DNA of 64,000 bases from an uncultured Myxococcales bacterium (GCA_964437195.1 CAYTGC010000002.1:7925-71924), one strand, 5' to 3'; shown: positions 28,862-39,266, counted from the first letter of the stretch. Numbers and translations are program-made. Notes: generated by a model not told the origin, from the letters alone.

Positions 28862-30652
28862 GTGGAAGCCATTGTTTTGCGTAGGGAACTAGCTTGTGCG
28901 ACGGCACCGGGCGCGCTTTTTGCCATCCTGGCCGACACCGATAGGTTGTATCGGACGCTCGGGCAAGTGGTTGTGAGCCGAGAACCGCTGGTGGGAGAAG
29001 GGTCGGCTCGATTTCTTCTTCGTGCGCGGGGCGAGGCCAAGTCGATCCCGTTTACGGAGATCCCGCCGCAGTGGAACCAACCGTCGCTGCTGGTGACCAA
29101 GCGGGTGCTTCATCAGGGGGTACTGGCAAGCATTGCAACGCGATTTTCGCTGACGCCGCAGATGCAGGGCACGCGACTCTTGATCGAGATGCAGGTAGAG
29201 TCGCGGCTTCCGCAGGTTGCGTGGCTGGTCAAGCTCTACGCGCAAGCGACGCTGTGGCATCTTGGCCGTACGCTGCTGCGCATCGACGCAGGAATTCCGC
29301 GAGGGGAACAGACGCAGCTTCGGGTCGCCCAGCTTGTGCCCGAGCCGCTGAAGCAGGCGCTGCAAAAAACCAAAGCGCAGCTACCGGCGGAGGAGCAGGG
29401 GCTGGCCGATCAGCTCGTCGCGCAGCTTTTGCGGATCGACGATCTCGATGTCGACTGTCTCCGGCCAAAATCACTCACTGAGACGCTCGGGCAGCCTGAA
29501 GCAACGGTTTTGCGATTGCTTCTCATTGCCGCTGCCAACGGACTTTTGCAGTTTAGCTTCGATGTCCTGTGCCCGTCGTGTCGCAATCCTGCCGCTCAAC
29601 ACGACCACTTGGAAGATCTGTCCGACGAGGCTTTTTGTACGCTCTGCGAGCTACGGGTTCCCGTCGAATTTGCCGCCAACGTCGAGGTCACCTTTCGACC
29701 CAAGGCTTCACTGCGCAAGGTTCCGCGACCGCTCTATTCGAGCGTCAATCCTGCGACCGCGCAGCACGTCATCACGCAGATGGTCTTGCCGGGGACAACC
29801 AAGCTGACCTTGACCGTTCCGAACGAGCCAGGTGAGTTTCGGCTGTGGGCCCGAGGTGGGGCAACGGGGAAGCTAACGGTGTCGACGCTGGGTCCTCAGC
29901 AGGCGAGCGTTGCAGTAAATGACTCGATTGTGCCGGCGCAGATCGAGGTGGCGATGGGCGGGACGCTTGAAATCGATCACCAAACCAATCAGGCGCGGCA
30001 CTTTAAGCTGGAGCGTCCCGAGTGGAATCAGCAGCGCCTACATGCGCATCAACTGACGCTGCATCCTCTGTTCCGTCGCTTGTTTCCAAGTGAGCTGCCC
30101 AAGCCCTCCGTTCAACTAGCTGTGCCGACGGTGGCCGTGTGGGTTAGTTGCTTCGCATCTCTCGGAGAGCTTTGTGCAGCACTTGGGGACAGTGGGGCGT
30201 TCAGGCAGCTTCAGGACTGTCTCGATGCAATGCTCAAAGTCGTGGAAGAGGCGGGCGGGGCTGTCCTTCACTGCGACGGAGATGGCCTGACCGTAGCTTT
30301 CGAAGATACTGGAAATGCGCTGCGCGCGGCGATCGCTGCCAAGCGTGCAGTTCGCGGCCTGCGAGCCGACAACCCGTTTGCGCACCTGCTCTTGCAAAAG
30401 ATCGCCTTGTATTTTGGACCAGCGACGGTGGTCTCGATCGACAAGCGGCTGGATTACTTTGGTCAGACCATGGCTGTCTGTGACCGCATGCTCAGTGAAG
30501 CGCATCCCGGCGATCTGCTGGTTCCTTCTGGGCTGCTTGCGGATGTGTCGGGGATGGAAGGAATCAAAGCCGGGCCCATCTTCTCGCTGACTGGACGCGG
30601 GCTTTCAGCCCCGGTTGCGGTGTCGCGGCTTACGTTCGAATCGTCGAGCTAG
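28862..30652 (+). CDS. Multidomain protein: SRPBCC (START/Bet v1-like) / CxxC-CxxC zinc-ribbon / divergent class III cyclase-homology domain
   Basis: GTG start. The N-terminal ~150 aa are SRPBCC-like. The middle carries DVLCPSCRN...FCTLCEL. The C-terminus carries AVLHCDGDGLTVAF...YFGQTMAVCDRMLSEAHPGDLLV, which resembles the CHD core, but the first metal-binding Asp reads Cys. Confidence 0.55.
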   Translation: MEAIVLRRELACATAPGALFAILADTDRLYRTLGQVVVSREPLVGEGSARFLLRARGEAKSIPFTEIPPQWNQPSLLVTKRVLHQGVLASIATRFSLTPQMQGTRLLIEMQVESRLPQVAWLVKLYAQATLWHLGRTLLRIDAGIPRGEQTQLRVAQLVPEPLKQALQKTKAQLPAEEQGLADQLVAQLLRIDDLDVDCLRPKSLTETLGQPEATVLRLLLIAAANGLLQFSFDVLCPSCRNPAAQHDHLEDLSDEAFCTLCELRVPVEFAANVEVTFRPKASLRKVPRPLYSSVNPATAQHVITQMVLPGTTKLTLTVPNEPGEFRLWARGGATGKLTVSTLGPQQASVAVNDSIVPAQIEVAMGGTLEIDHQTNQARHFKLERPEWNQQRLHAHQLTLHPLFRRLFPSELPKPSVQLAVPTVAVWVSCFASLGELCAALGDSGAFRQLQDCLDAMLKVVEEAGGAVLHCDGDGLTVAFEDTGNALRAAIAAKRAVRGLRADNPFAHLLLQKIALYFGPATVVSIDKRLDYFGQTMAVCDRMLSEAHPGDLLVPSGLLADVSGMEGIKAGPIFSLTGRGLSAPVAVSRLTFESSS

Positions 30653-31613
30653 CGTCTCCGGCGCCGATGCCGAGCACGACTCGACCGCGTGGCCGCCCTT
30701 CCTCGACGAGACGGTGCGCCTGTGCAACCTGGGCGAGCGGAAAGATCTTATCGATCACGGGGCGAAGCTTGCCGCTGTCTGCCAGCTCTGTCAGAAGTTC
30801 TAGGTCCGATCGACGAGGCTGCGCCAGCGGTGGTGGCACCGTCTGGGGCCCACCGAAGAAGCGACTCATCAGGCTGTCCCAGAGCGCTCTTCCCGACGGA
30901 ACAATCGGGATAAAGCGACCTTGTGGACGTAGCATTTTGCGACATCCTTCGAGCGTGAGCTGTCCTGACGTGTCGAGCACGACATCAAATGTGCCGGTCA
31001 GGGTCGCCAGGTCTTCTTTTTCGAAGTCGATGACCTCGTCTGCTCCGAGCGAACCGACCAGCTCGCTGCTATCGCCAGAACAGACGCCAGTAACGACGGC
31101 TCCGAGGGCCTTTCCGAGCTGAACCGCGAGACTGCCGATGCCGCCCGCTGCCCCATTTACGAGCAGGGCTTGTCCGCTCTGCAACCGGCCGCGGTCGCGG
31201 ATCGCCTGAAGCGCAACCGTCCCCGAGAGAGGCAATGCCGCCGAGGCGCTAAATGGCAGCTTGCCCGGTTTGCGGGTCACCGCATCGGCAGGCAGCGTGA
31301 CAAATTCGGCGTACGTGCCCGGGTTTTGCAGCGCCCGCAGTCCTATCACCTCAGTTCCGACCGTTAGCTTCTTTACGCCTTCGCCGAGGGCAGTGACAAT
31401 CCCACAGACGTCGTGACCAAGGATCTCGGGCCGCCCACCGGGGATGAGCCGACTGACTCGACCGGCACGCTCTTGGCAATCGAGCGGACTTACCGTCGTG
31501 GCACGCATCTCGATGAGCACCATGCCCCGGCCAGGCGTCGGGCGCGGCCTCTGCACAAGCTTCAGCACCTCGGGGGGGCCGACGTTCGGCAGCACCACCG
31601 CTTGCATCAACAT
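30630..31613 (-). CDS. Medium-chain (Zn-type) alcohol dehydrogenase / NADPH:quinone oxidoreductase family
   Basis: MDR fold with GAAGGIGSLAVQLGKALGA Rossmann motif. N-terminal GroES-like region. Confidence 0.85.
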   Translation of the reverse strand: MLMQAVVLPNVGPPEVLKLVQRPRPTPGRGMVLIEMRATTVSPLDCQERAGRVSRLIPGGRPEILGHDVCGIVTALGEGVKKLTVGTEVIGLRALQNPGTYAEFVTLPADAVTRKPGKLPFSASAALPLSGTVALQAIRDRGRLQSGQALLVNGAAGGIGSLAVQLGKALGAVVTGVCSGDSSELVGSLGADEVIDFEKEDLATLTGTFDVVLDTSGQLTLEGCRKMLRPQGRFIPIVPSGRALWDSLMSRFFGGPQTVPPPLAQPRRSDLELLTELADSGKLRPVIDKIFPLAQVAQAHRLVEEGRPRGRVVLGIGAGDASSTIRT

Positions 31614-31664
31614 CGGTGGCTCCGGGCTGCCATGCCGTTTCGTCGGGTTTTCATCAATCCCTTC

Positions 31665-32507
31665 CTACCGTGGCGAGTCGTCCTTGCGCAGCGCCCACAG
31701 CACTTTGCGGTAGACCTCTTCGCTCATCACCAGCGACGAGTGACCGAGTGGCACAGTGACCCCGTGTGCGCCTTCGAGCTGTGTCGCCGACGGTGGACAG
31801 AGCCAGTCTCGTTCCGCTGCGATGGTGAAGAACTCGACTTCATTTGGCAGCGGCCCACTGTGTAGCTCGTCGAGGAAATCGCTACCGGGCAACAGTTGCC
31901 AGCTCGACGCAGACAGAAGACCCATCGTCGCAACACCCAGTGCGGCAACCCATGTTCCGCGCGCCGGTGTTCCGAGCATCACGATCCGCCGCACCTGCTC
32001 TTTGCCGCCGAGCCGCTTGATGTAGTAGAGGCCAATCAGGCCACCCATCGAGTGAGCGACGATATCGATTCGGCGAATTCCCGTCTGTTCACAGATCGTC
32101 TGTACCTTGCGATGAATCAGCAGTGCCGACGTACGGATGTCGCGAACATTGAGCATCCCGAGGTTAAAGGAGAAGACGTGGAAACCGTCGCGAAGCAGCC
32201 GCTGCTCCAGGACAAACATCGAGCCGCGTGTGCCCAAAAAGCCGTGAATCAGCAGCACCGGCGGATGATGCGGAGACAGCTGATCGGGAAACCGACGCTG
32301 CGTCATTTCGTTGCCGCGGACCAGATGCCGCAGATACGAAAACGCGTGCTGCCCGCCAATCAGGTCTTGCTTGAGATTGTCGCCATCAAGGCGGCGGACT
32401 TTTCGGTGGTCTGTAACCATCCGACGGACGCGCGACAAAAGCCCCCGATCCCCATCCTTTCGATTTGTATCGTCCATCCGCTTTTTTACCGAGCGTCGAG
32501 TCAGCAA
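31665..32507 (-). CDS. Alpha/beta hydrolase (lipase class 2-like)
   Basis: PPVLLIHGFLG plus AHSMGG nucleophile elbow. Confidence 0.8.
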   Translation of the reverse strand: MLTRRSVKKRMDDTNRKDGDRGLLSRVRRMVTDHRKVRRLDGDNLKQDLIGGQHAFSYLRHLVRGNEMTQRRFPDQLSPHHPPVLLIHGFLGTRGSMFVLEQRLLRDGFHVFSFNLGMLNVRDIRTSALLIHRKVQTICEQTGIRRIDIVAHSMGGLIGLYYIKRLGGKEQVRRIVMLGTPARGTWVAALGVATMGLLSASSWQLLPGSDFLDELHSGPLPNEVEFFTIAAERDWLCPPSATQLEGAHGVTVPLGHSSLVMSEEVYRKVLWALRKDDSPR

Positions 32508-32840
32508 ACGCCAACTTTTCCAGTATCGCCCAAGGTTTCTGGGTCCGCAGAACTCGCTCGCAAAGGCGCGAACTTACAGCAATCCACGGCTTGGTCTATA
32601 GGCAATGCAAATTCAGCGAGAGATTGCGCGCGAAATGCTTCTTTCTGGAAGAGATGCGGCTCACCGGCGGGTTATAACACCGCACGACGGCTGCTGGCCA
32701 AATCGGCGCTCCGCTCTCGCGTGCTACTCGACGATGTTCTGACGTGTGGCTGTGATCGACTGCAATTTCCGCAGCTTGCGGGGTCTCATGGACAGGGCTA
32801 GCCTTTTAATTGGACCAACCAATATACCAGTGAGGCTTCC

Positions 32841-34868
32841 ATGAGCGCACTCCTACACAACACAGATCAAAGCGCCGAAGAGTTGGTTGCGCTGCGACTC
32901 GACAGACCAGCGTCGCTGAAGACCTTCTTGCGTAACGATGAACGACTGTCGGCGCTGGCGCTCGCGCGAGCCATCATGCCGCAGGCAGCGGGGTTTGCCG
33001 AAGCGGGCAGCGACACGGTGCTACGTGCCGAAAACTGGCTGGCCGACGTGCCGATGGCGGGCGATGGCTACCGGGCACTGCTCCGCGGCTTCGACTGGTA
33101 TGTCCGCGCCGCAACCGGCAAGAATCTGACGACCGTGGACCCAGAGCGGCTGCGTGAAGTGTGTCGGCGCTTCGCCGAAGCAGACATCGGTCGTCGCTAT
33201 TTCCTCTACACGCTGACGGCACCGCTAAAAGGTGCCTACTTCGACGATCCGGCGATCTATCGCCGCTTTTCGATGCCCTATCGTGGCGCTCCTCCGGCAA
33301 TTCCGCACGGCGATGTTCCCAAGGAACTCCCACGCTGGGCGCACGAGCGAACCCAGCCAGCCTTCGATATTCCCGACGGGGAAGTCATCGAATGCGACGT
33401 AGTGGTGATTGGCTCTGGCGCAGGTGGTGCCGTCGCTGCATACGAGCTGGCGAAAGCCGGTCGCGCGGTCGTTCTACTCGAAGAAGGCGAGTACTTTGGT
33501 CGTCGCGACTTTGCCCACAGCGCATTCCACCTGCAAAAACATCTGTATCGCGAGCTAGGGGTGACGATGGCCGTCGGGAACACGCTGATACCGATTCCCG
33601 TCGGTCGTACAGTCGGTGGCAGCACGACCGTCAACTCAGGGACGTGCTACCGGATGCCGACGCGGGTGTTTGCCGACTGGCGGGACCATCACGGCCTCAC
33701 CGAGCTATCGCCAGACAGCATGGACCCATTCTACTCGACGGTGGAAGAGGTTCTGGGTGTCACCAAGGTGCCGCTCTCTCTCCTCCAAGGCAATCAGCCG
33801 ATTGCCGATGGCTGTAGCAAGCTTGGCATCACCCATCACGGTCCGCTGTCGCGAAACGCGCCCGACTGTGATGGCCAAGGCTTGTGCTGTTTCGGCTGCC
33901 CCACCGATGCCAAGCGGTCGACCAACGTGTCCTTTGTGCCGATGGCGCTTGCCGCGGGAGCGCAGCTATTGGTTGGAGCGCATGCCGAACGCGTGCTCAT
34001 CGAAAATGGGCGAGCGGTCGGTGTTGCTGTGACTTCGACCAGTCCGGCGCAGCCCGGTCAAAGACCACCTCGTTTTTCGGTTCGGGCCGGAGCGGTGGTG
34101 GTGGCAGCCGGTTCACTGATGACGCCGGTGCTTCTGCTTGGTGATCCTGCGACTCGACGAGCCCTCGGTCGCTCGCAGGCGCTTGGCAACCACATGACGA
34201 TTCACCCCGCGATTGGTCTGCGCGCTGTCATGCCCACCCAGCTTCGCAGCCACATTGGTGTTCCGCAGGGCTACGCCGTCGAGGAATTCCACGACGAAGG
34301 CATCCTCATGGAGAGCGCTTTTTTGCCGATCGAGCTGACTGCCGCGTCGATCACCATGGTTGGCCAGCCCTTGATGGAGCTGATGGCGGCCTACGATCGT
34401 CAGAGCTGTTTCGGCTTTCTGGTCGAAGACAAAGGGCAAGGCAGCGTCAGACCGGGCCCGGGAGGCAGAGCGCTTATCCGCTACAACTTGGCTGATCGTG
34501 ACGTGGTTCGGCTTCAGCGAGGCGCGTCGCTGGTGGCGAGAATGTTCCTCGCCGCCGGGGCCGAGCGAGTGCTCACCGGAATCGCGGCGCTGCCAATGGT
34601 TGAAAAGCACGACCAAGTGGACAAGCTGTCTGGGCTGCGTTTGCGTCCGCGAGACTTTGAGCTTACGGCCTATCATCCTCTTGGCACGGCCCGAATGGGT
34701 CACGATGCCAGGCGGAGTGTCGTCGACACAGATCTACAAGCGCACGACCTGCCAGGCCTTTACGTGTGTGACGGCAGCGTGATTCCGACGTCGCCCGCGG
34801 TGAATCCGCAGGTCACCATCATGGCGTTGGCGATGCGGGCGGCGCGGCGACTGGCGCACCGGCTGTAG
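32841..34868 (+). CDS. GMC-family FAD oxidoreductase with ~170-aa N-terminal extension
   Basis: FAD-binding DVVVIGSGAGGAVAAYELA. C-terminal GMC signature YHPLGTARMG...LYVCDGSVIPTSPAVNPQVTIMALA. Confidence 0.85.
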   Translation: MSALLHNTDQSAEELVALRLDRPASLKTFLRNDERLSALALARAIMPQAAGFAEAGSDTVLRAENWLADVPMAGDGYRALLRGFDWYVRAATGKNLTTVDPERLREVCRRFAEADIGRRYFLYTLTAPLKGAYFDDPAIYRRFSMPYRGAPPAIPHGDVPKELPRWAHERTQPAFDIPDGEVIECDVVVIGSGAGGAVAAYELAKAGRAVVLLEEGEYFGRRDFAHSAFHLQKHLYRELGVTMAVGNTLIPIPVGRTVGGSTTVNSGTCYRMPTRVFADWRDHHGLTELSPDSMDPFYSTVEEVLGVTKVPLSLLQGNQPIADGCSKLGITHHGPLSRNAPDCDGQGLCCFGCPTDAKRSTNVSFVPMALAAGAQLLVGAHAERVLIENGRAVGVAVTSTSPAQPGQRPPRFSVRAGAVVVAAGSLMTPVLLLGDPATRRALGRSQALGNHMTIHPAIGLRAVMPTQLRSHIGVPQGYAVEEFHDEGILMESAFLPIELTAASITMVGQPLMELMAAYDRQSCFGFLVEDKGQGSVRPGPGGRALIRYNLADRDVVRLQRGASLVARMFLAAGAERVLTGIAALPMVEKHDQVDKLSGLRLRPRDFELTAYHPLGTARMGHDARRSVVDTDLQAHDLPGLYVCDGSVIPTSPAVNPQVTIMALAMRAARRLAHRL

Positions 34869-35490
34869 CCGCAGCCTCGGCAGCTTTCTTCGCGTCCTCG
34901 GCCTTTTGGGCTTCTTCGGCTGCCTTGGCCACCGCTTCCGCCAGGAGTTTCTTGTGCGCGCTCTGCGCCGCTTCGCCCAGCTTGGCCAGACCGCGCTCAA
35001 AGTCACTGCCGACCATCTTGTCCATGTTCATAAACACGGTCATCGCCTTCATCATGAAGTTCGACTGACCACTCATGCTCCAGGTGACTTTGGTCTTGTC
35101 TCCGTCGGGAGCGAACGTGAACCGCGTATCATTTAGACCCGGCCACGGCTTGATAAACTCCAGCTTGATGTCGATCTGCGTCGGGGGCGTGACCGAGGCA
35201 ATGGTCATGCGGCCTGATCCAACCTTGTCATTTCCATCCCAAAAGTAGCCGGCGCCGACGCGGTTGTTTTCACCGCTATAGACCTTCTTCATCGACGGAT
35301 CGAGTGCTTCCCAGGGCGACCAGGCGTTCCAGGCGTGGAAGTCGCTGACCTGGGCGTAGACGACATCGGCGGGAGCCATGATGGTGGCGCTCCGCTCGAC
35401 TTGGAACGTATCTGGCCGACTGTAAACGAATGCGGAAAGTGCAGCGATCGTTAGACCAAGAGCGACGGCAACATGCTTGAGAGAGAACAT
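34819..35490 (-). CDS. SRPBCC-family (polyketide cyclase/dehydrase-like) protein with N-terminal membrane anchor and Lys/Ala-rich C-terminal tail
   Basis: N-terminal hydrophobic segment. SRPBCC-like core. The tail reads KKLLAEAVAKAAEEAQKAEDAKKAAEAAATAGAPVAAPPASPTP. Confidence 0.65.
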   Translation of the reverse strand: MFSLKHVAVALGLTIAALSAFVYSRPDTFQVERSATIMAPADVVYAQVSDFHAWNAWSPWEALDPSMKKVYSGENNRVGAGYFWDGNDKVGSGRMTIASVTPPTQIDIKLEFIKPWPGLNDTRFTFAPDGDKTKVTWSMSGQSNFMMKAMTVFMNMDKMVGSDFERGLAKLGEAAQSAHKKLLAEAVAKAAEEAQKAEDAKKAAEAAATAGAPVAAPPASPTP

Positions 35491-35562
35491 AAAAGGCCTC
35501 CTTGTGGAAAAGAGGCCCGACCATACCTGCGGGGCTGGGAGCGAGCAACCGGGGAAGGTTGG

Positions 35563-37377
35563 TTAAAACCAGACTTTGTAGCCGATCGAGGTGCAGCGGC
35601 TGCGGACAAACTCTTTCGAGGCCAGATCGAGGTGCGGCACCACATATTCAAGGATGTCGCGGCTCTTTAGATGGCACGCCGAGACGCCGGCGATGCGCCA
35701 AGCGATCGGACTACGAATGGGTACCGCCGTCGCTGTATGAGCAAGCGCAACAGCCTTAGCATACTCGCCGTGATCATGTGCGATTTGGGCATCGCGAAGG
35801 AAGCGATCGATCTCGGCGAAGTTGTTCCGCTGCTTGTCGTATTCGGCGACGTTGCCGATGGGTTTGTCGTTCAGATCGCGAACTGGCGGATATCCGGCCA
35901 GCTTCTTCGCTCCCGGTGGCTGGCCCGTGATAAGCGCGCACGGTCGCCATCGTGCCGTCAGTGCGTCGACATGATCGGGTGACACCTCAAGGATCTTGGT
36001 GACGTGCGGCTCGATCTTGTCGCAGCGACCCAGCGAGCGCTCGGCCTCAGCCTGCTGAAGGTGATAGGCAATGACGAGCTGCTGAAGCAGATCGTAGTGC
36101 TGCTGCGCCGTGATGCGGATGCTCGTGCGGGGCGGCAGCTCGCGGTTCCGACTCAGCGCTCCGTCGTAGTCCTTGCTGGCGAGCGCCTGCACGATTTGCT
36201 GCACATCAGCCGAGAGTTTCTGTCCGCGTTCGACTCGTCGCTTGATGTTTTCTGCGGCAGCCGAGACATACGGCGGCTGCCCTGGCACCGTCTGGACTTG
36301 CGACGCGAGCCGCACCGCTTCGTCCCAGCGTTCCTCGAGCAGCGCTTCGTCCGCTTGCACCAGAAGCTGTCCGACCTGACCCGAGCGCTTCTTGCCTTGC
36401 ACCTCGCGCAGAAGCAGCGGCATGACGACAAGTCCGGCCATCCCAGCACCAGCCAAACCGAAGATCAGGCTGCGCTTGAGCGAAAATGGCGGCGCTACCG
36501 GCGGCGGATCGAGCGCGCGAAGAAAGTCGAGCATCGTCGGATAGCGATCCTCTTTCTTCTTCGACAGGGCGCGTCGGATGACCGCGGACACATGCGGAGG
36601 CACCGTCGGCACGAGCTGCTCAATCGGCGTCGGCTGCTCGTTTATGACCTGCTTGAACAGATCGATCACGTTTTCGTGGTCGAACGGCAGCTTGCCCGAC
36701 AGCATTCGGTACAAGATGACGGCTACGGACCACTGATCCGATCGACCGTCGATTTGTGAGTTCTGCCCCATCGCGCCTTCTGGCGCCATATAACGGGGCG
36801 TTCCCAGCACCAGCAGGTCGCGCGTTGCCTTGTCGGCTGGCCGCGGCACTTTGGACACGCCGAAGTCGATCACTTTGGCGGTCTGGACGACCTCGCCGTG
36901 TTCTTCGTGATGGGACAGGAAGATGTTGCGAGGTTTGAGGTCGCGGTGAATGATGCCGCGCTCGTGGGCTGCGTGAAGTGCCGACGAGATCTGCCGGGTG
37001 ATCTGAAGCGCTTCTTCCAGCGGAATTGTGCCGGTGCGCTCGATCCGATCTTGCAGATCCTCGCCTTCGAGCAGCTCCATGACGATGAACGCCATCCCCG
37101 AGCGGTCGCGGTCGAGGTCGCTGACCTGCACGATGTTGGGGTGGCGCAGTCCCGCGATGATGCGGGCTTCGTCTTGGAATCGCTCGCTGAGGTCGCCTTG
37201 CATCGCGGCTCGCGAATGCAGCACTTTGATGGCGCAGACACCACCTGTGCGAACGTGGCGAGCTCGAAATACAGCGCCCATGCCTCCTGTTACCAGGAGC
37301 TGCTCAAGTCGGTAGGTGCCGTTGAGTACCTGCCCGACGAGCTTTTCGGCTTCCTTCTGTTCTTGGGACACGGCCAT
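35563..37377 (-). CDS. Hanks-type Ser/Thr protein kinase with C-terminal TPR-like region
   Basis: GxGxxG/VAIK (GGMGAVFRARH...CAIKVL), HRDLKPRNIFL and DFGVSK motifs are present. A TM segment and a C-terminal helical repeat domain follow. Confidence 0.9.
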   Translation of the reverse strand: MAVSQEQKEAEKLVGQVLNGTYRLEQLLVTGGMGAVFRARHVRTGGVCAIKVLHSRAAMQGDLSERFQDEARIIAGLRHPNIVQVSDLDRDRSGMAFIVMELLEGEDLQDRIERTGTIPLEEALQITRQISSALHAAHERGIIHRDLKPRNIFLSHHEEHGEVVQTAKVIDFGVSKVPRPADKATRDLLVLGTPRYMAPEGAMGQNSQIDGRSDQWSVAVILYRMLSGKLPFDHENVIDLFKQVINEQPTPIEQLVPTVPPHVSAVIRRALSKKKEDRYPTMLDFLRALDPPPVAPPFSLKRSLIFGLAGAGMAGLVVMPLLLREVQGKKRSGQVGQLLVQADEALLEERWDEAVRLASQVQTVPGQPPYVSAAAENIKRRVERGQKLSADVQQIVQALASKDYDGALSRNRELPPRTSIRITAQQHYDLLQQLVIAYHLQQAEAERSLGRCDKIEPHVTKILEVSPDHVDALTARWRPCALITGQPPGAKKLAGYPPVRDLNDKPIGNVAEYDKQRNNFAEIDRFLRDAQIAHDHGEYAKAVALAHTATAVPIRSPIAWRIAGVSACHLKSRDILEYVVPHLDLASKEFVRSRCTSIGYKVWF

Positions 37378-37466
37378 CGCCTATCCGAAGTCTCGCTGAC
37401 TTTACTTAGGTCTAGAGGCTATCAAAGTCGCCCACCTCACGAAAGGCTTTCGCGCAGATACACGAG

Positions 37467-37880
37467 CTAGCGATTCTGGATGTAGGCAACTGCCGCTTCG
37501 CGTGTTTCGACAAACCGAAGGTCGACCTTGATGTTGTTGACGATCTGTCCCGCTCGCACGGCCAGGGTCTGCGTAACTTTCGTTAGAAAGCTCGCCCCAA
37601 ACACCACGACGTGTATTCGATCTATCACGTGAGCCAGCGACTGGACATAGAAGCTGCGGACCTCTGGAGACAGCGGAGCCAGGTCACGGCCGTCCACGAT
37701 GAGAGCCAGATGGCCGACCTTCGCTTGGTGCGCAAGCAGCCGCCTGACAAACTCCTCGGCGTGCGACAGCTCGACCAGCCCGTGAGGCTGCCATTCCGAG
37801 TGCTGCGGATGCTGGGCATAGCGATGGGGCCCGATGGCCACCCATGCTTCGTCTGCCCTACTCGGCGCGTTCTGATCCAT
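37467..37880 (-). CDS. Hypothetical small protein (possibly STAS-like), downstream of the Ser/Thr kinase
   Basis: 137-aa ORF with protein-like composition. The family assignment is uncertain. Confidence 0.35.
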   Translation of the reverse strand: MDQNAPSRADEAWVAIGPHRYAQHPQHSEWQPHGLVELSHAEEFVRRLLAHQAKVGHLALIVDGRDLAPLSPEVRSFYVQSLAHVIDRIHVVVFGASFLTKVTQTLAVRAGQIVNNIKVDLRFVETREAAVAYIQNR

Positions 37881-37916
37881 CGAGCGAAGAGAGTAACAGC
37901 CGAGCCAAGTACGAGA

Positions 37917-39173
37917 CTAGGGACTGGATGGATGTGACCCTGGACGTTTGTATTCTTCTTTCGTCACCCTTCGATCGGGCAAAAACCACAAGACCAGCAG
38001 CGCGCAGGCAGGCAGGGTTGCCAGATACGGCATCGTGTGTACCCAGCCCCACGTATTCGCAAGCGCCGACATAAGCAGTGGCGACCCGATGAAGCCGATT
38101 CGTCCGAGCAAGCTATTAGACCAAGCCAGCGCATCGCCGCGCTGCTCGGTTTCGAACAGCTCGGTGGTGTACGTGATGGAGATGATCAGTCCGGCGCTGG
38201 CCCCACACGTCAGCAGCGAAAGGGATAGACGAAGCAAGAGCCCCGCAGACAAAAGATACGAACCGAGGATTCCCAGACTCCACAGCGCATACACCAAGGT
38301 GCAGCCCCAAAGCAGCCCGATCCGATTGAGCAGCCGACCCACCAGCGCCGACGTCGGGATGGCCACAAGTGCAGCCAGACCCATGTACATCCCGGCCCGC
38401 TGGGCGGAAAACGCCAGGTCCGCCATCGCGTGCTCTTTCCAGAACGTGATCGCGCTTTGGTTTACCGCGTACGTGAAAAGCCACAAAAGCGAACAGAGCA
38501 CGAGCTTGCGACCGTACCCGGCCTTCCAAATTGATGTGAGCGAAGGTGCGACGCGGTTCTTTAGTGTCAAAAAGCTCGGCGTCTCGGGCAGGCGCACAAG
38601 GCCCACCGGCAGCAAGACGAGCATCAGGCCGCCAAACAAGTACACACTGCGCCAGCCCAGCTGGGTCGCGATCAGCTTGGGGGCGAGCAGTGCACAGACC
38701 ACGCCGCCGAAGCTGCCGGCCGCAACCAGCAAGCTGAGCGTGCCGCGCGTCTTTTCGGCGGGCAGACTCTCGGACACATACAGCGATGCTGCGCCAAGCG
38801 TACTGACCAAGAAGATGCGCGCCGCCATCTGCGAAAGCAGGAACAGTCCCGCCGAAGGCGACAGCCCCGACAAGATCGACAGCACAGAGTAACCAAACAC
38901 CGAGCCGAGCAGCACCGGTCGTCGTCCTACCGTATCGGCGCTGCGCAAAACAAAGTAGCCCAGCACCGTCCCGCAGTTGGCCAAGCCCACAAGCTGCCCA
39001 CCGTCAACCACCGATAGCGCAAAGGTGTTTCGTAGCTCGGGCAGCGTCTGCGACATCGCCACCACGTCGAAGCCATCCCATAGCGAGACCAGCAGTAGAA
39101 ACGCCAGCATCCCCGGCGTCAGATGCGGCATCGGCTGCGGGCTGCCTGGTCCCTGGGTTTTTTCCGACTGCAC
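37917..39173 (-). CDS. MFS transporter
   Basis: Twelve predicted hydrophobic segments and an MFS-type organisation. Confidence 0.85.
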   Translation of the reverse strand: MQSEKTQGPGSPQPMPHLTPGMLAFLLLVSLWDGFDVVAMSQTLPELRNTFALSVVDGGQLVGLANCGTVLGYFVLRSADTVGRRPVLLGSVFGYSVLSILSGLSPSAGLFLLSQMAARIFLVSTLGAASLYVSESLPAEKTRGTLSLLVAAGSFGGVVCALLAPKLIATQLGWRSVYLFGGLMLVLLPVGLVRLPETPSFLTLKNRVAPSLTSIWKAGYGRKLVLCSLLWLFTYAVNQSAITFWKEHAMADLAFSAQRAGMYMGLAALVAIPTSALVGRLLNRIGLLWGCTLVYALWSLGILGSYLLSAGLLLRLSLSLLTCGASAGLIISITYTTELFETEQRGDALAWSNSLLGRIGFIGSPLLMSALANTWGWVHTMPYLATLPACALLVLWFLPDRRVTKEEYKRPGSHPSSP

Positions 39174-39266
39174 AGCCTTTCTAGCTTACTTGGACTGCGC
39201 CGCGCGTGTCATCGTCTGCGTTTTGTCGCCATGCGACTGGTTTGCAACACCCGTTCGCGCGGCATA

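Noticed and set aside
32508-32840. tRNA or small RNA in the 330-bp divergent intergenic region between lipase and GMC genes
   Set aside because: No cloverleaf-compatible sequence and no TTCGA T-loop motif found by eye. It is more likely two divergent promoters.
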